A stretch of 64,000 nt of DNA from an uncultured Nitrososphaerota archaeon. GTDB lineage: Archaea; Thermoproteota; EX4484-205; JAAOZP01. Under the pieces are notes generated by a model, which was not told where the DNA came from, did no database searches, and saw only the letters and a list, made by a program, of their open reading frames with translations. Made by a program: the position numbers and the translations under genes. The first letter of the stretch is position 1; every line of letters begins with the position of its first letter. The stretch covers positions 32,001 through 96,000 of the forward strand of contig CAYQCW010000007.1 of the NCBI GenBank assembly GCA_964416155.1, given 5' to 3'. This document shows, piece by piece, positions 49,024-58,715 of this stretch.

Positions 49024-50133
49024 CTATCTTGTCCGTAGCTCAATCACATCCCTGTCTAAAAGCTTGAAGGAAGGGCCTACTCTCAACGGCTTAGACGTGA
49101 AACCGCCCCTCCATAATCTGGCGTACTTAAGGTTTTCAGAAAGATCTCTGTGGATTCTGGAGGCAAGCTCCTGGACGGTAGTTTCCTCATCCACGAGCAG
49201 CGGCCTACTGGAGGGTGAAACAGCGGAGGGAGGTTTCAAATACACTCGGATAAGCCCTGAGGCGTTGAAAACCGTTTTTAAAACATCATTCTTCAAGAGC
49301 CTCTCCAAGCTGACTATAGAATCCTCCGGAATGCCTAATTGATCGGCAGGTAATCTGTCCTCATGGTTTTTCACTATTGTTAGAAAGTTTTTCCTCTGCA
49401 AACCCTTTATCGAGCTTTCAAGCGTGTAGAGAGACGTAAACTCAGAGAGGTGTATGATCCCGCTTTCCACGCCTCTTTCCTTCATAAAACTCTTAACCTC
49501 CTCTTCAGACAAGAACCGTGACTTGTTCACCACCGTTATCCCGCCCGTCCCCAAACTTTTGAAAACCGCTACGGATTTTCTGGAAGCAACATAGATGCCG
49601 AACCTACTGAGCATTTCTTTAACCAGGTTGAACTCTTCGGAAAGACTCTCGACACTTAAGAGTATCATTATTAAATCCGATTTTAAGAGTATTGTTTGAA
49701 TAAGCGAGTATTTCTGGCTGCCCACCATAGACGGGGACATGGGTACGAAGCTCAGGACAATATCCTCGAAACCCGTGCTCAAAGGCTTAAGCTCGTTCAG
49801 AGACTCCAAGATAAGGTTTCCATCGAAAAATTTTACGCATGCTAGAAACTCATGGAGCAGCTTTTTATCCTCAGCCAGTATCGTCATCAATATGGTTGTT
49901 TCGCCTTTTTCGAATGTTGCCGGCCTACTGCTGCGCCTCTTTCTTTCAGAAGTAATCTCGTCTTGAAGCCGTGATATTTGGCGTTTAACCTGAGCCCTAA
50001 GCTTCTCAGTCCCCTTGTGCTCAGGTATCAGTGACAGGAATATCTTTAGGTTCTCAAGCTTTTCCTCCTTGCTCTTGGAGGCAACAACCTTCTTATACTG
50101 CGCCTCAGCCTGCGGAGGGAGGTTGGTCACCAT
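49024..50133 (-). CDS. DRG/OBG-family TGS-domain protein with degenerate GTPase motifs
   Basis: TNLPP...IPEHKGTEKLR N-terminus and TGS C-terminus (IRVYLK, IHRDL, YARLW); no GxxxxGKS, DxxG or NKxD. Confidence 0.8.
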   Translation of the reverse strand: MVTNLPPQAEAQYKKVVASKSKEEKLENLKIFLSLIPEHKGTEKLRAQVKRQISRLQDEITSERKRRSSRPATFEKGETTILMTILAEDKKLLHEFLACVKFFDGNLILESLNELKPLSTGFEDIVLSFVPMSPSMVGSQKYSLIQTILLKSDLIMILLSVESLSEEFNLVKEMLSRFGIYVASRKSVAVFKSLGTGGITVVNKSRFLSEEEVKSFMKERGVESGIIHLSEFTSLYTLESSIKGLQRKNFLTIVKNHEDRLPADQLGIPEDSIVSLERLLKNDVLKTVFNASGLIRVYLKPPSAVSPSSRPLLVDEETTVQELASRIHRDLSENLKYARLWRGGFTSKPLRVGPSFKLLDRDVIELRTR

Positions 50134-50178
50134 TCTCTTCTAAACAGCATGATAATGTTGCGGCAACTTTTTAAAAAG

Positions 50179-50943
50179 CTATCCTTCCTCAGAATTGTTT
50201 TTCAATGCCTCTATTCCCAGCCTTATTTTTCTGAGAAGCCAAAGGATGCTGCCAGCCTCCTTCACCGAGGGGGCGGAACGCCCGATAACGTTCTTCAGAG
50301 ACCTGAGCACAACGTTCTTCTTAACCTCCGGCAGGTTTAAGGCGGAGAAAATATTCTGGGTTTCAACATAAATCCTGTTTACTATCTCCCTGCTGGCCGG
50401 CCTCCTTAAAGACTTTACTCTTGCCGCCGAGCCCATGTACACCTCGTACATGAGTATTGAGGCTGAGATGGCGAGGTTCATAACGCTGTACTCGCTTGAA
50501 GCAGGTATGTGAACAACATAGTCTAGCTGCGATAACTCCTCGTTCTTAAGCCCAATGTCTTCCCTGCCGAACACTAGTAATATTCTCCCCTCTAATGGTC
50601 TGCAGAGTTCAACCATCTCCCTGGGTGAAACATACTGGCGTAGAACGCTTTTAGAGGCTTTCCGGCCGGAGGTGCCGATGCTTACGGAAGGCTTCAACTC
50701 CCGTAGGGTCTGCGAGAGATCCTCGTAAACCAGCTGGTTTTCAATGATTGGTGCACCGTGGACAGCGTAAAGCTTTGAAGAGTCTAAAACCTCTTTTTTA
50801 GGAGAGACTAAAACCAGTCTCCGGAGGGAGAAGTTCATCATCGTCCTTGCGATGAGGCCCACGTTTACAGGATATTTCGGCTCAACCAGTACGATGTAGT
50901 ATTTCTCGCCTATTTCCAAGATTAGTGTATTTTCCCCCTCCAC
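50179..50943 (-). CDS. TrmJ-like SPOUT tRNA methyltransferase
   Basis: LVEPKYPVNVGLIARTMMNF, VFGREDIGLKNEEL, HIPA..YSVMNLA. Confidence 0.9.
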   Translation of the reverse strand: MEGENTLILEIGEKYYIVLVEPKYPVNVGLIARTMMNFSLRRLVLVSPKKEVLDSSKLYAVHGAPIIENQLVYEDLSQTLRELKPSVSIGTSGRKASKSVLRQYVSPREMVELCRPLEGRILLVFGREDIGLKNEELSQLDYVVHIPASSEYSVMNLAISASILMYEVYMGSAARVKSLRRPASREIVNRIYVETQNIFSALNLPEVKKNVVLRSLKNVIGRSAPSVKEAGSILWLLRKIRLGIEALKNNSEEG

Positions 50944-51021
50944 CGCCTTTTATCTTCTACTGGAGGGGGAAGCTTTTTAAACCGGCCTGTCTGGAAGACA
51001 AGCGGAAGGTCAGGATAAAAG

Positions 51022-51525
51022 TTGAAGCAGATGCCTTACACTAGGAAGGAATACATATCTAGAATACCTCAGGTTAGGGTGAGTAAGTTTAAACTGGGTA
51101 AGGCTGAGGATTCTGAAGCTGTCTTCCGGCTCAGGGTTAAGAAGCCGGCCTTGATAAAACAGGAGGCTCTTGAAGCAGCCCGTGTCGCAGCCAACAAGAT
51201 TCTTGAGACAGAGCTGGGTGAGGCTGGTTATGTTCTAAGGCTGATCCCGTATCCCCATGTTGTTTTAAGAGAGCACAAGATGCTGACTATGGCTGGTGCA
51301 GATAGGCTTAGCAAGGGTATGAAGAAGGCTTATGGGAAGCCTACTACGCTTGCCGCGAAGATAGAGGCGGGTGAACCCATTATAGAGGTTTTCTCAAGCC
51401 TTCAGTATGAAAACACCGTTAAGAAAAGCCTTAAGACAGCCTCCTCTAAAATTCCTGTTGAAACCTTTATAGAGAAAGAAGTTGTGAAGGAAGGGAGTGG
51501 GGTTGATGAAGGAGAGCCTAAGTAA
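51022..51525 (+). CDS. rpl10e: 50S ribosomal protein uL16 (L10e)
   Basis: PYTRKEY, ALEAARV, YPHVVLREHK, GADRLSKGMKKAYGKP. Confidence 0.96.
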   Translation: MKQMPYTRKEYISRIPQVRVSKFKLGKAEDSEAVFRLRVKKPALIKQEALEAARVAANKILETELGEAGYVLRLIPYPHVVLREHKMLTMAGADRLSKGMKKAYGKPTTLAAKIEAGEPIIEVFSSLQYENTVKKSLKTASSKIPVETFIEKEVVKEGSGVDEGEPK

Positions 51526-52096
51526 GCTCGTCCTCGTCGGAGAGCCTCTTGCAACCTTGGAGGAGTTTTTCCCGGGAGACGGAACCTTTGAGAAAGATGG
51601 AGTAATATATTCGAGCAGGATTGGAAGAGTCAGTGTTGACAAAGACAGGCGGGCGCTCGAGGTTGTTGAGCTTAAGCCTCTTCTCGTGCCTAAACCCGGT
51701 TTCAAGATCATCGGGAGCGTGACGGGTTTTTCAAGTCATTATGCTAACGTTAGAATATTCTACGTGAATGGGAATAGGCTGGACTATGAGTATACTGGGC
51801 TCATAAGCAGGGAGAGCTTTAGAAGAAGCTACCCTCGCTTCAGAACTGGAAACCTGAGAACCTATGTTAGGGAGAACGATCTTATTTACGGTGAAATAAT
51901 GTCAACCGTTAACGTGAATCTGATAGATCTTTCGGCCAAGGAGTATGGTGTGGTTAAGGCTTACTGCGGCGATTGTGGAGGCCCCTTGGTGCTTTTCAAG
52001 AAATACTTGACCTGTCCCTCCTGCAGGACGAGGGAGAACAGGAAGCTTAGCGTTTTCTACGATGAGCCGATTGAAAGGCTGGTGGCCAGAGTATGA
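51506..52096 (+). CDS. csl4: Exosome complex RNA-binding protein Csl4
   Basis: EEFFPGDGT, S1 domain, GVVKAYCGDCG...CPSC...ENRKLS. Confidence 0.92.
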   Translation: MKESLSKLVLVGEPLATLEEFFPGDGTFEKDGVIYSSRIGRVSVDKDRRALEVVELKPLLVPKPGFKIIGSVTGFSSHYANVRIFYVNGNRLDYEYTGLISRESFRRSYPRFRTGNLRTYVRENDLIYGEIMSTVNVNLIDLSAKEYGVVKAYCGDCGGPLVLFKKYLTCPSCRTRENRKLSVFYDEPIERLVARV

Positions 52097-52380
52097 GAAT
52101 AGTTTATAGAAAGAGTGGGAGGGACAGCATAGAGCTGGAGGTATACGAGGAGACCCATACTGTGCTGAACCTTTTGACGAGCTATTTAAACACGAAGCTG
52201 GTTGAAGGATACTCTGCTTACAGGGTGGAACACCCCCTTAAACAGGATGCTACGCTTTACGTAAACGTCGGAGGGGGAGATGCTAGGGAGCTTCTTTTAG
52301 AGGCTGTCAGGAGTTTGATTGAAGAATTGGAGTCTCTGAGGAGAAAGCTCGACACAGCTGCTGGAAAAGCCTTATCCTAA
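52093..52380 (+). CDS. rpoL: RNA polymerase subunit Rpo11 (L)
   Basis: ETHTVLNLL, AYRVEHPL; csl4-rpoL-tfs order. Confidence 0.92.
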   Translation: MRIVYRKSGRDSIELEVYEETHTVLNLLTSYLNTKLVEGYSAYRVEHPLKQDATLYVNVGGGDARELLLEAVRSLIEELESLRRKLDTAAGKALS

Positions 52381-52429
52381 GCGCGTCAGTAACATTTATA
52401 ATATGGCGGTTCACCCAATTAGAACCCTT

Positions 52430-52759
52430 ATGCAGATAAGGTTCTGCCCAAAATGTGGCACTAAGCTCCAGATAAAAAGAGGCAAGGATAGCCTGCTGTA
52501 CTCTTGCCCTAAATGCGGCTACGAGGAGCGTGCACATGTTGTTGAGAGAAGCGTGGAGACCGCTAGGAGAAACGGTGCTATAAAAGTTGTGAGGAAGACT
52601 ACGGATCTCAACCCGCTGCCTATTACCATCGCTGTCTGCCCGAAGTGTAGGAATAAAGAGGCATACTGGTGGATAACTCAGACTAGGGGTGCAGACGAGA
52701 GTGCAACCCAGTTTTTCAAGTGTACTAAATGCGGCTATACTTGGAGAGAGTATTCTTAG
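52430..52759 (+). CDS. tfs: Transcription factor S
   Basis: FCPKCG...CPKCG and C-terminal CPKC...QTRGADE...FFKCTKCG with intact DE. Confidence 0.94.
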   Translation: MQIRFCPKCGTKLQIKRGKDSLLYSCPKCGYEERAHVVERSVETARRNGAIKVVRKTTDLNPLPITIAVCPKCRNKEAYWWITQTRGADESATQFFKCTKCGYTWREYS

Positions 52760-52764
52760 TAGGA

Positions 52765-53535
52765 TCAGGCTTTCTCCATTCTAGGCGCTATGAAGAAGGT
52801 TACCGTGCTGTTTTGTGCTTCCTCGATACTCTGGGTTATCTTCATAGGAAGATCAGTGTCAAACTCAAGCTTCATGTTTTCTCCGAAGAGCAGGGAGGAA
52901 ACTATGCTGCCAAGCCTTTTAAGATCGTAAGAGGCTTTTGAACCCTGTTTTAAAACAGGGTTTACGAGATTCCCTTCCTCAGTCTTAAGAATAACCTGAT
53001 ACTCTGAGATTTCCCCTCTTGCGGAGAGCACGACAGCATTGTTCTCCACGCTTATTGAAACGTAGTCTGAAATATGTTTACCGCTGTCGAGCAGATGTTT
53101 TATCGTTGACACTTTTGTCTCGAAAGAGTTTCCGAGAGAAACCTTTGGAAGAGGAAGATCCTTATCCTCAGAGAAGAAGACAGGGATTGTGAAGATCCTC
53201 GTAAAATCGTTGCTAACTTTAAAGCTTACTCTGTCCTCCGTGAAAGACATCTCCAGCCTTTCAGACTTAGACTCGAACTTAAGAAGGTTCAGCACGTCGC
53301 TTAAACGTATGTTCGCCTTAAGCAGTTTTTTAAACTCGAATGTTTCGAAGGCCTCTTTCGAAAGCACCAGGTCGATCATCGATACTTCCGCCAGGTCGAG
53401 AGCCCTTATGGAGAGGCCCTCGTCGCTTATCTTAACAGGCGCCTCATCTATCAGAGAAGCTGTTGCTTTAAGAGCCTTGCGAATAATCCTGGCGTCGTTT
53501 ATCACGAGCCTTGCAAGGATGTTTGGAGACGACAT
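52765..53535 (-). CDS. pcn: PCNA sliding clamp
   Basis: LIDEA, GLSIRALD..VSMIDL, PMKI, FFIAPR. Confidence 0.94.
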   Translation of the reverse strand: MSSPNILARLVINDARIIRKALKATASLIDEAPVKISDEGLSIRALDLAEVSMIDLVLSKEAFETFEFKKLLKANIRLSDVLNLLKFESKSERLEMSFTEDRVSFKVSNDFTRIFTIPVFFSEDKDLPLPKVSLGNSFETKVSTIKHLLDSGKHISDYVSISVENNAVVLSARGEISEYQVILKTEEGNLVNPVLKQGSKASYDLKRLGSIVSSLLFGENMKLEFDTDLPMKITQSIEEAQNSTVTFFIAPRMEKA

Positions 53536-53648
53536 GACTGGTTACTAATAGCTTAGAGGACTCCTTATATAGCTTGCTTCGAAGACGCTTCAACCCTTAA
53601 TGTTAATAAAGTTTCACGAGCAGACAGTATTAGAGAAGGCTTTGAAAA

Positions 53649-54677
53649 ATGATGGGTGAGAACGTCCTTAGGGCTGCGAGATACCCGTTTCTACCGGAGG
53701 CCAGGGAATTCATATCTAGAAACATCGACCTGTCGCTGGAAAGTCTGGAGAAAACAGGCTCTGAAACAGCCTTGAAAAGGGCTGTCGAAAGAGTTAAAAA
53801 CGCGCTCATTTTCAAGGAGGTTAAGGTAACCGCGTTAGACGAGTTGAACTATGTGAGGGAAATGCTGTCCTTTCCGATAGCGGTCATACTTGTTTCAATG
53901 ATTATGAACGAGTATGTGAGGAGGATGTATGCTCTCGGAGAGAGCAGAGGCGCCTACGGGAGGATGTTGAATGAGAGTGATGAGACACTGCTCTACATCG
54001 GAGAAAAAATGGGGGTAGGAGGTGTTCTGGATGATGAGAACACCATAAGAGTGAAGATACCCACGTATTTGAGGCTAGCATACTCTTTTCACGCACCTCG
54101 TTGGAAGCTTGTAAACAGAGCTGTGAATAATGGGTACGTCTCGATGGGGAAAACAGAGTACGCAAGGCTCATCCAAGTCGAGGTGAACAATTATGTTTAT
54201 GAAAAGACTCTCGAGCCTGTTCCGGCTGGAGCCGTGCCCGATAGCTTTAGGAGGGCGGTTGATGAAATAGTTGAACTATGGAATAGGCTTGAGACAGGTA
54301 AAGCTAGCCGCATTCCCTTAAGGGAGAGGGAGGATACACCCCCATGCATCGGCAGGATAATTAGAAGGATGGAGAACGGTGAGAACGCTTCACACTTTGA
54401 GAGGCTGGTTGTAGCGACCTTCATGATCTCTAGAAACAGGAGTATTGACGAGATAATCGAATTCTTCTCGAAACAGCCTGACTACAAGTATAGTGTTACT
54501 AAATACCAAGTTGAGCATTTGGCTGGCATCCGGGGAGGAGGTAAAAAGTATTCTGTACCCAGCTGCAGAACAATACTCACCAACGGGCTCTGCTATCCCG
54601 ACGAGTATTGCAAAGGGATTAAACATCCTTTAAGATATGGTGAGAAGAATGTTGCAGGCGAGCCTCGAATTCCTTAA
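53649..54677 (+). CDS. priL: DNA primase large subunit
   Basis: YPFLPEA, WKLVNR, PPCI, HFERL, YQVEH, YSVPSC...C...C..HPL Fe-S domain. Confidence 0.94.
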   Translation: MMGENVLRAARYPFLPEAREFISRNIDLSLESLEKTGSETALKRAVERVKNALIFKEVKVTALDELNYVREMLSFPIAVILVSMIMNEYVRRMYALGESRGAYGRMLNESDETLLYIGEKMGVGGVLDDENTIRVKIPTYLRLAYSFHAPRWKLVNRAVNNGYVSMGKTEYARLIQVEVNNYVYEKTLEPVPAGAVPDSFRRAVDEIVELWNRLETGKASRIPLREREDTPPCIGRIIRRMENGENASHFERLVVATFMISRNRSIDEIIEFFSKQPDYKYSVTKYQVEHLAGIRGGGKKYSVPSCRTILTNGLCYPDEYCKGIKHPLRYGEKNVAGEPRIP

Positions 54678-55767
54678 AAGAGAATTCTTCAAGTACTACT
54701 ATGAGAACATCAGTAGACTGGTACCGCCGGAGCCGATAAGAGGCAGGGAATTCGGCTTCTTCCTGGAAAAAGGAAGGGGGATGTTTAGACATAAGTGTTT
54801 CAACAGCCTAAGGGATTTTCACGAGTTCATTCTGAATGAAATACCTCTCGACATCTATGTTTCCGCCGCAAACTATGAGGACCCGGGTAACAGGGATATG
54901 TCTGAGAAAAAACTTGTTAACTCGGAGCTTTTCTTCGACATAGATGCGGAGTCGGTTACCGCTGTTAGCGAAGAGGAGTCAGCCTGGATCTGTCAGAAAT
55001 GCGGCCAGTACGATATAGGGTTGATAGACAGATGCTCCTCATGCGGCTCTCCAACAGAGCTGGTTAGACTGGTTAGTGAAAAACAGTTGAAGGAGGCTCT
55101 TAGGGAAACTGAAAAGCTGATCCATGTTTTGACGGAAGATTTTGGAATAGCCCCAGGGAACATACATGTCTTCTACAGTGGAAACAGAGGATACCATGTG
55201 CATGTAAATCAAGAAGACTTTCTAAACATAACGGGAGAGGGCAGGAGGGAGATTGTAGACTACCTTTTGATCCAAGGATTAGACGAGAAAGAGCTGTTTA
55301 ATTTTTTAAAGAAGGGAGGGAGTATTGGGGGCACGGGCCTAAAGGGGGTTAAGAGAAGAGTGTGCATGAGGGTTCTTGAAAAAGCCGTATTCATGGATAA
55401 ACTTAAAGCGAGCAGAAGGGAAACAGTTTTAAAAATGCTTGTGAACGTTGTCGAAGAGCTAAAGGTGAGGATCGATCCTGTTGTAACCATCGACATGCAC
55501 AGGTTGATGAGGATGCCTGAAAGCATTAACAGTAGCGGCAGCATGGTGAAGAGGAGAATTCGGCTTGAGGATTTGCCATCGTTCAAACCTTTAGAGGAGG
55601 CTATTGCTTTCGGCGAAGAGGAAGCCTGTTTAAAAGTGAAGATAGTGCCCAGGTTCAGCCTAGGGGGGAAAACCTTCGGGCCTTTTAAGAATGAAGCGGT
55701 TGAGCTGCCTGCTTACGCTGCCATATATATCATTTGCAAAGGGTTGGGGGAATATGCCGGAAGATAG
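54649..55767 (+). CDS. priS: DNA primase small subunit
   Basis: REFGF, FFDID, YSGNRGYHVH, IDPVVTIDMHRLMRMPESIN. Confidence 0.94.
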   Translation: MLQASLEFLKREFFKYYYENISRLVPPEPIRGREFGFFLEKGRGMFRHKCFNSLRDFHEFILNEIPLDIYVSAANYEDPGNRDMSEKKLVNSELFFDIDAESVTAVSEEESAWICQKCGQYDIGLIDRCSSCGSPTELVRLVSEKQLKEALRETEKLIHVLTEDFGIAPGNIHVFYSGNRGYHVHVNQEDFLNITGEGRREIVDYLLIQGLDEKELFNFLKKGGSIGGTGLKGVKRRVCMRVLEKAVFMDKLKASRRETVLKMLVNVVEELKVRIDPVVTIDMHRLMRMPESINSSGSMVKRRIRLEDLPSFKPLEEAIAFGEEEACLKVKIVPRFSLGGKTFGPFKNEAVELPAYAAIYIICKGLGEYAGR

Positions 55768-56281
55768 CATCCTTTTGAAGAAACTAGTAGAATCCTGGAG
55801 GATAAACAGGGAGAAGCAGGATTATCCTAGTCCCGACATAGATTCTTTAACGGAACTGCTATCGCTAATAAGAAGCGAGCTTCAACTGGTGGATAAGACT
55901 TCCATCAAGAGAGGAGTGTTGGAATGGTATTATGGTGCTGTTAAAAGTATTCTTGAAGACACTGTTAAAACACGCTTGATAAAAAGCCTGTTGTTAAACG
56001 TTAAAAGCTTGGAGAAAATGGCGAGACAGGATTTGAACAGCCTCTCAAAGTTTTTAACCGCAGCCCCCGAGGAATTCGACCTGAGACGTTTCGTTTCCCA
56101 GCCCTTTAAAAATAGGGACAAGAAGGTCATAGCAATAGTTTTAAAGGATATTGATAGGTTCGTGGGGGAAGACGGGAGGGAATATGGGCCCTACCCAGTC
56201 GGATGCCTAGTTAACATGCCTTACTATGCAGCCAGGCTTCTGGAGGAGAAGGGCATAATAGAAGAAATCTTTATAACTTAA
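55754..56281 (+). CDS. GINS subunit (Gins51-like)
   Basis: Helical N-domain, C-terminal FVGEDGREYGP...LVNMP..A..L; usual position after priS. Confidence 0.8.
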   Translation: MPEDSILLKKLVESWRINREKQDYPSPDIDSLTELLSLIRSELQLVDKTSIKRGVLEWYYGAVKSILEDTVKTRLIKSLLLNVKSLEKMARQDLNSLSKFLTAAPEEFDLRRFVSQPFKNRDKKVIAIVLKDIDRFVGEDGREYGPYPVGCLVNMPYYAARLLEEKGIIEEIFIT

Positions 56282-56301
56282 GGCTCCCAGCACGCAGATG
56301 C

Positions 56302-56580
56302 ATGAAGATTCCCAATAAGATAAACACGTACTGTCCTAAGTGCCGCCAGTATACTGAGCACTCTGTCAGCCTGCTGAAAACAGGCAGAAGGAGGAAGACG
56401 GCTGCTGGGGAAAGGCATCATGAACGGGTTGATAGACATGGCTACGGTGGGCAGAAGGCGCCTCTGGCGAAACCCGTTAAGACGACTAAAAAACAGACTT
56501 TAAAGCTGAAATGCTCGAAGTGCGGCTATGTTGTTCAGAAGAGAGGGATAAGAATTAAGAAGCTGGAGGTGGTTAGGTAA
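56302..56580 (+). CDS. rpl44e: 50S ribosomal protein L44e
   Basis: TYCPKC..YTEH, GYGGQ, KTTKK..LKCSKC. Confidence 0.96.
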   Translation: MKIPNKINTYCPKCRQYTEHSVSLLKTGRRRKTAAGERHHERVDRHGYGGQKAPLAKPVKTTKKQTLKLKCSKCGYVVQKRGIRIKKLEVVR

Positions 56581-56581
56581 A

Positions 56582-56770
56582 ATGGAGAGTCTGCTGTTTA
56601 AGCCGAGGTCTCGTTTTCTGAAGGTTAAGTGCAGCCAGTGTGACAACAAGCAAATAGTTTTCGAAAAGCCTGCGTCAAACGTTAAGTGCAGGGTGTGCGG
56701 TAAAACAATAGTTAAAAGCACGGGTGGGAAAGGCAATGTTTTCGGCGAGATAATAGAGGTTTACAGTTAG
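56582..56770 (+). CDS. rps27e: 30S ribosomal protein S27e
   Basis: PRSRFLKVKC..C.N.QIVF...C..CG....STGGK. Confidence 0.96.
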   Translation: MESLLFKPRSRFLKVKCSQCDNKQIVFEKPASNVKCRVCGKTIVKSTGGKGNVFGEIIEVYS

Positions 56771-56771
56771 A

Positions 56772-57554
56772 ATGCCGGGGGAAACGGTTTCAGCGGGGGA
56801 TCTGCTCGTCTGCAGGGTTAAGGAAATAACTGATTTCGGGCTGCTTCTTGAAAATGAGGATATTAAAGACAGAGAGGTTTTCCTCCATGTTTCAGAGATC
56901 CCTAAGGAGAGAAGCGTGCAGGATTTTAAGATCGGTCAAATGATTACGGTGAAAGCAATAAAGATAAGCAGGACTGGTGAAAGAGTCTTCGTATCGCTGA
57001 AGCAGCTTAACAAGGCGGAAGCACGTTCAGCCATGAGGAAATGGAGGGCGGAGAAGAAGGCTTCAGAGATTTTTAACGAGGTTGCGACAAGGTTTTCAAT
57101 ACCCAGCGATGTTTTAGAGGACACTAAGGATAAGCTTGTTGAGAAATACGGCAGCCTGACTGAGGCGCTTAGAATAGCAATCATGGAAGGGGAGAACACT
57201 TTAGCCAGAACGAAAATTAGCGGTGAGGCTAGGGATGCGATATATGAGCTTGCCGCCAGGGAGCTTATTAAAAAGAAGGTCAAGAAGAAAACGCTGGTGA
57301 GACTATACTTTATTGATAAACATGGTTTAAAAAAGTTGAAAACGGTTTTCGGAGAGATTGAAAAAATGAGGACTAAAGATGTTACGGTGGAGGTTAAGGT
57401 GATTGCTGCCCCAAGATACTCTATAACACTTTCCTCCAGCGAGCCCAAGAAGATTAAGAAATTGTCGGACGAGATCATGGTGAAGCTGGGTGAAATCGCG
57501 GCGAGAGAGGGAGGAATCCTGAAGACGCTTGAGCGAAAACCCGACTCTTTTTAA
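56772..57554 (+). CDS. eif2a: Translation initiation factor 2 alpha
   Basis: S1 domain with FLHVSEI, VSLK, W..EKKA, AAPRY; follows rps27e. Confidence 0.9.
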   Translation: MPGETVSAGDLLVCRVKEITDFGLLLENEDIKDREVFLHVSEIPKERSVQDFKIGQMITVKAIKISRTGERVFVSLKQLNKAEARSAMRKWRAEKKASEIFNEVATRFSIPSDVLEDTKDKLVEKYGSLTEALRIAIMEGENTLARTKISGEARDAIYELAARELIKKKVKKKTLVRLYFIDKHGLKKLKTVFGEIEKMRTKDVTVEVKVIAAPRYSITLSSSEPKKIKKLSDEIMVKLGEIAAREGGILKTLERKPDSF

Positions 57555-57560
57555 AGCATG

Positions 57561-57737
57561 CTAGCCGGACGCTTTCAAGGCTTCCAAAAGTGCTCTAGCC
57601 TTATACTCCAAGAAGGGGTCCTCCAGGGAGAACTTGGGAGGGTGGGGACTATGAGTATGAACCCCGCATTTTTTACAAACCTCTTCAAACATGTACCTCC
57701 TGCATCTTGGACATTTACGGAGTTTCTTAGCCGTCAT
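57561..57737 (-). CDS. nop10: H/ACA RNP protein Nop10 (inverted; not in the ORF track)
   Basis: Manual translation MTAKKLRKCPRCRRYMFEEVCKKCGVHTHSPHPPKFSLEDPFLEYKARALLEALKASG. Confidence 0.93.
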   Translation of the reverse strand: MTAKKLRKCPRCRRYMFEEVCKKCGVHTHSPHPPKFSLEDPFLEYKARALLEALKASG

Positions 57738-57879
57738 TATCGTTATCAGTCAAGAGAATGAACATTATAAGCGTTTTTAAAAGCCGTTTCGACGAATATG
57801 CGTGCTTTAACAGTAAATCCCATTTTTCTCTGGATACTCGCCAAGCTTTAGATTTATTAAGCGACTTTAAACAGAAATA

Positions 57880-58707
57880 GTGGGAACGATGTCTGAGAAA
57901 CAATGGACAAGAATTTATGTGAAAGACATGCCGCTTATGGAGACAAGGGTCTGGGTTAGGAGGAATATTAGAATTGTCAACCCGGTTGTCATAATAGGAC
58001 TACCTGGGCTAGGCAGGATCGGCGGAATAATATCGAGGTACCTGATAAGGAAGCTTAATACGAGGCTTATAGGCATAATTACATCCCCGTATTTTAGTAA
58101 TCAGGTGATAGTGGGTAAAAACGGTGTGGCAAGAATCACGGCAGTGAAAATATATAGGAGTGAGAGCAGGTTTAATGGGTCTGATCTCCTCGTAGTTACA
58201 GCTGACGAGCATTTGGAAAACATTTGGGGGGAGTATGATGTTGCGATGAAAATGCTTAAATTCCTAGTTAAGCGGGGCGTTAAGTTGATAGTTACTACCG
58301 GAGGACATGTTTCCACCTCAGAATCCAGGAAGACGATAGGTTTCGCTAGCAACAAGCAACTTTTGAAAAAGCTTGAAGAAGCAGGTTGCAGGAAGGCTGA
58401 AATCGGAACCCCGGTCGTCGGATTGTCAGGGATAATCCTAGGATTAAGCAGCATAGTGGGAGTTGACGCTGTGTGTATACTGGGGGAAACAACCAGCATA
58501 CGCCCAGACGCCGAGGGCTCCAGAGAAGTTTTAAACTTGTTGAACAGGTTCCTGAACCTTAAACTGGACATTGAAGACTTCCAGCGTGAAGAGGAGAGGA
58601 TAAACGAGATAATAAGCAGGTATGAGAAGAAGGTTAGACAGCTGATGCAGGATGAGAAGGCACGTAGAATAGCTGAGTCCTTCAGGCTTCCGGATTATGT
58701 AAGCTGA
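57880..58707 (+). CDS. PAC2 family proteasome assembly chaperone
   Basis: IGLPGLGRIG, TTGG, VGLSGIILG, CILGET..PDA. Confidence 0.9.
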   Translation: MGTMSEKQWTRIYVKDMPLMETRVWVRRNIRIVNPVVIIGLPGLGRIGGIISRYLIRKLNTRLIGIITSPYFSNQVIVGKNGVARITAVKIYRSESRFNGSDLLVVTADEHLENIWGEYDVAMKMLKFLVKRGVKLIVTTGGHVSTSESRKTIGFASNKQLLKKLEEAGCRKAEIGTPVVGLSGIILGLSSIVGVDAVCILGETTSIRPDAEGSREVLNLLNRFLNLKLDIEDFQREEERINEIISRYEKKVRQLMQDEKARRIAESFRLPDYVS

Positions 58708-58715
58708 TTGATCCT

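Noticed and set aside
57558-57761. Plus-strand 67-aa ORF after aIF2-alpha
   Set aside because: The minus strand encodes a clear Nop10.
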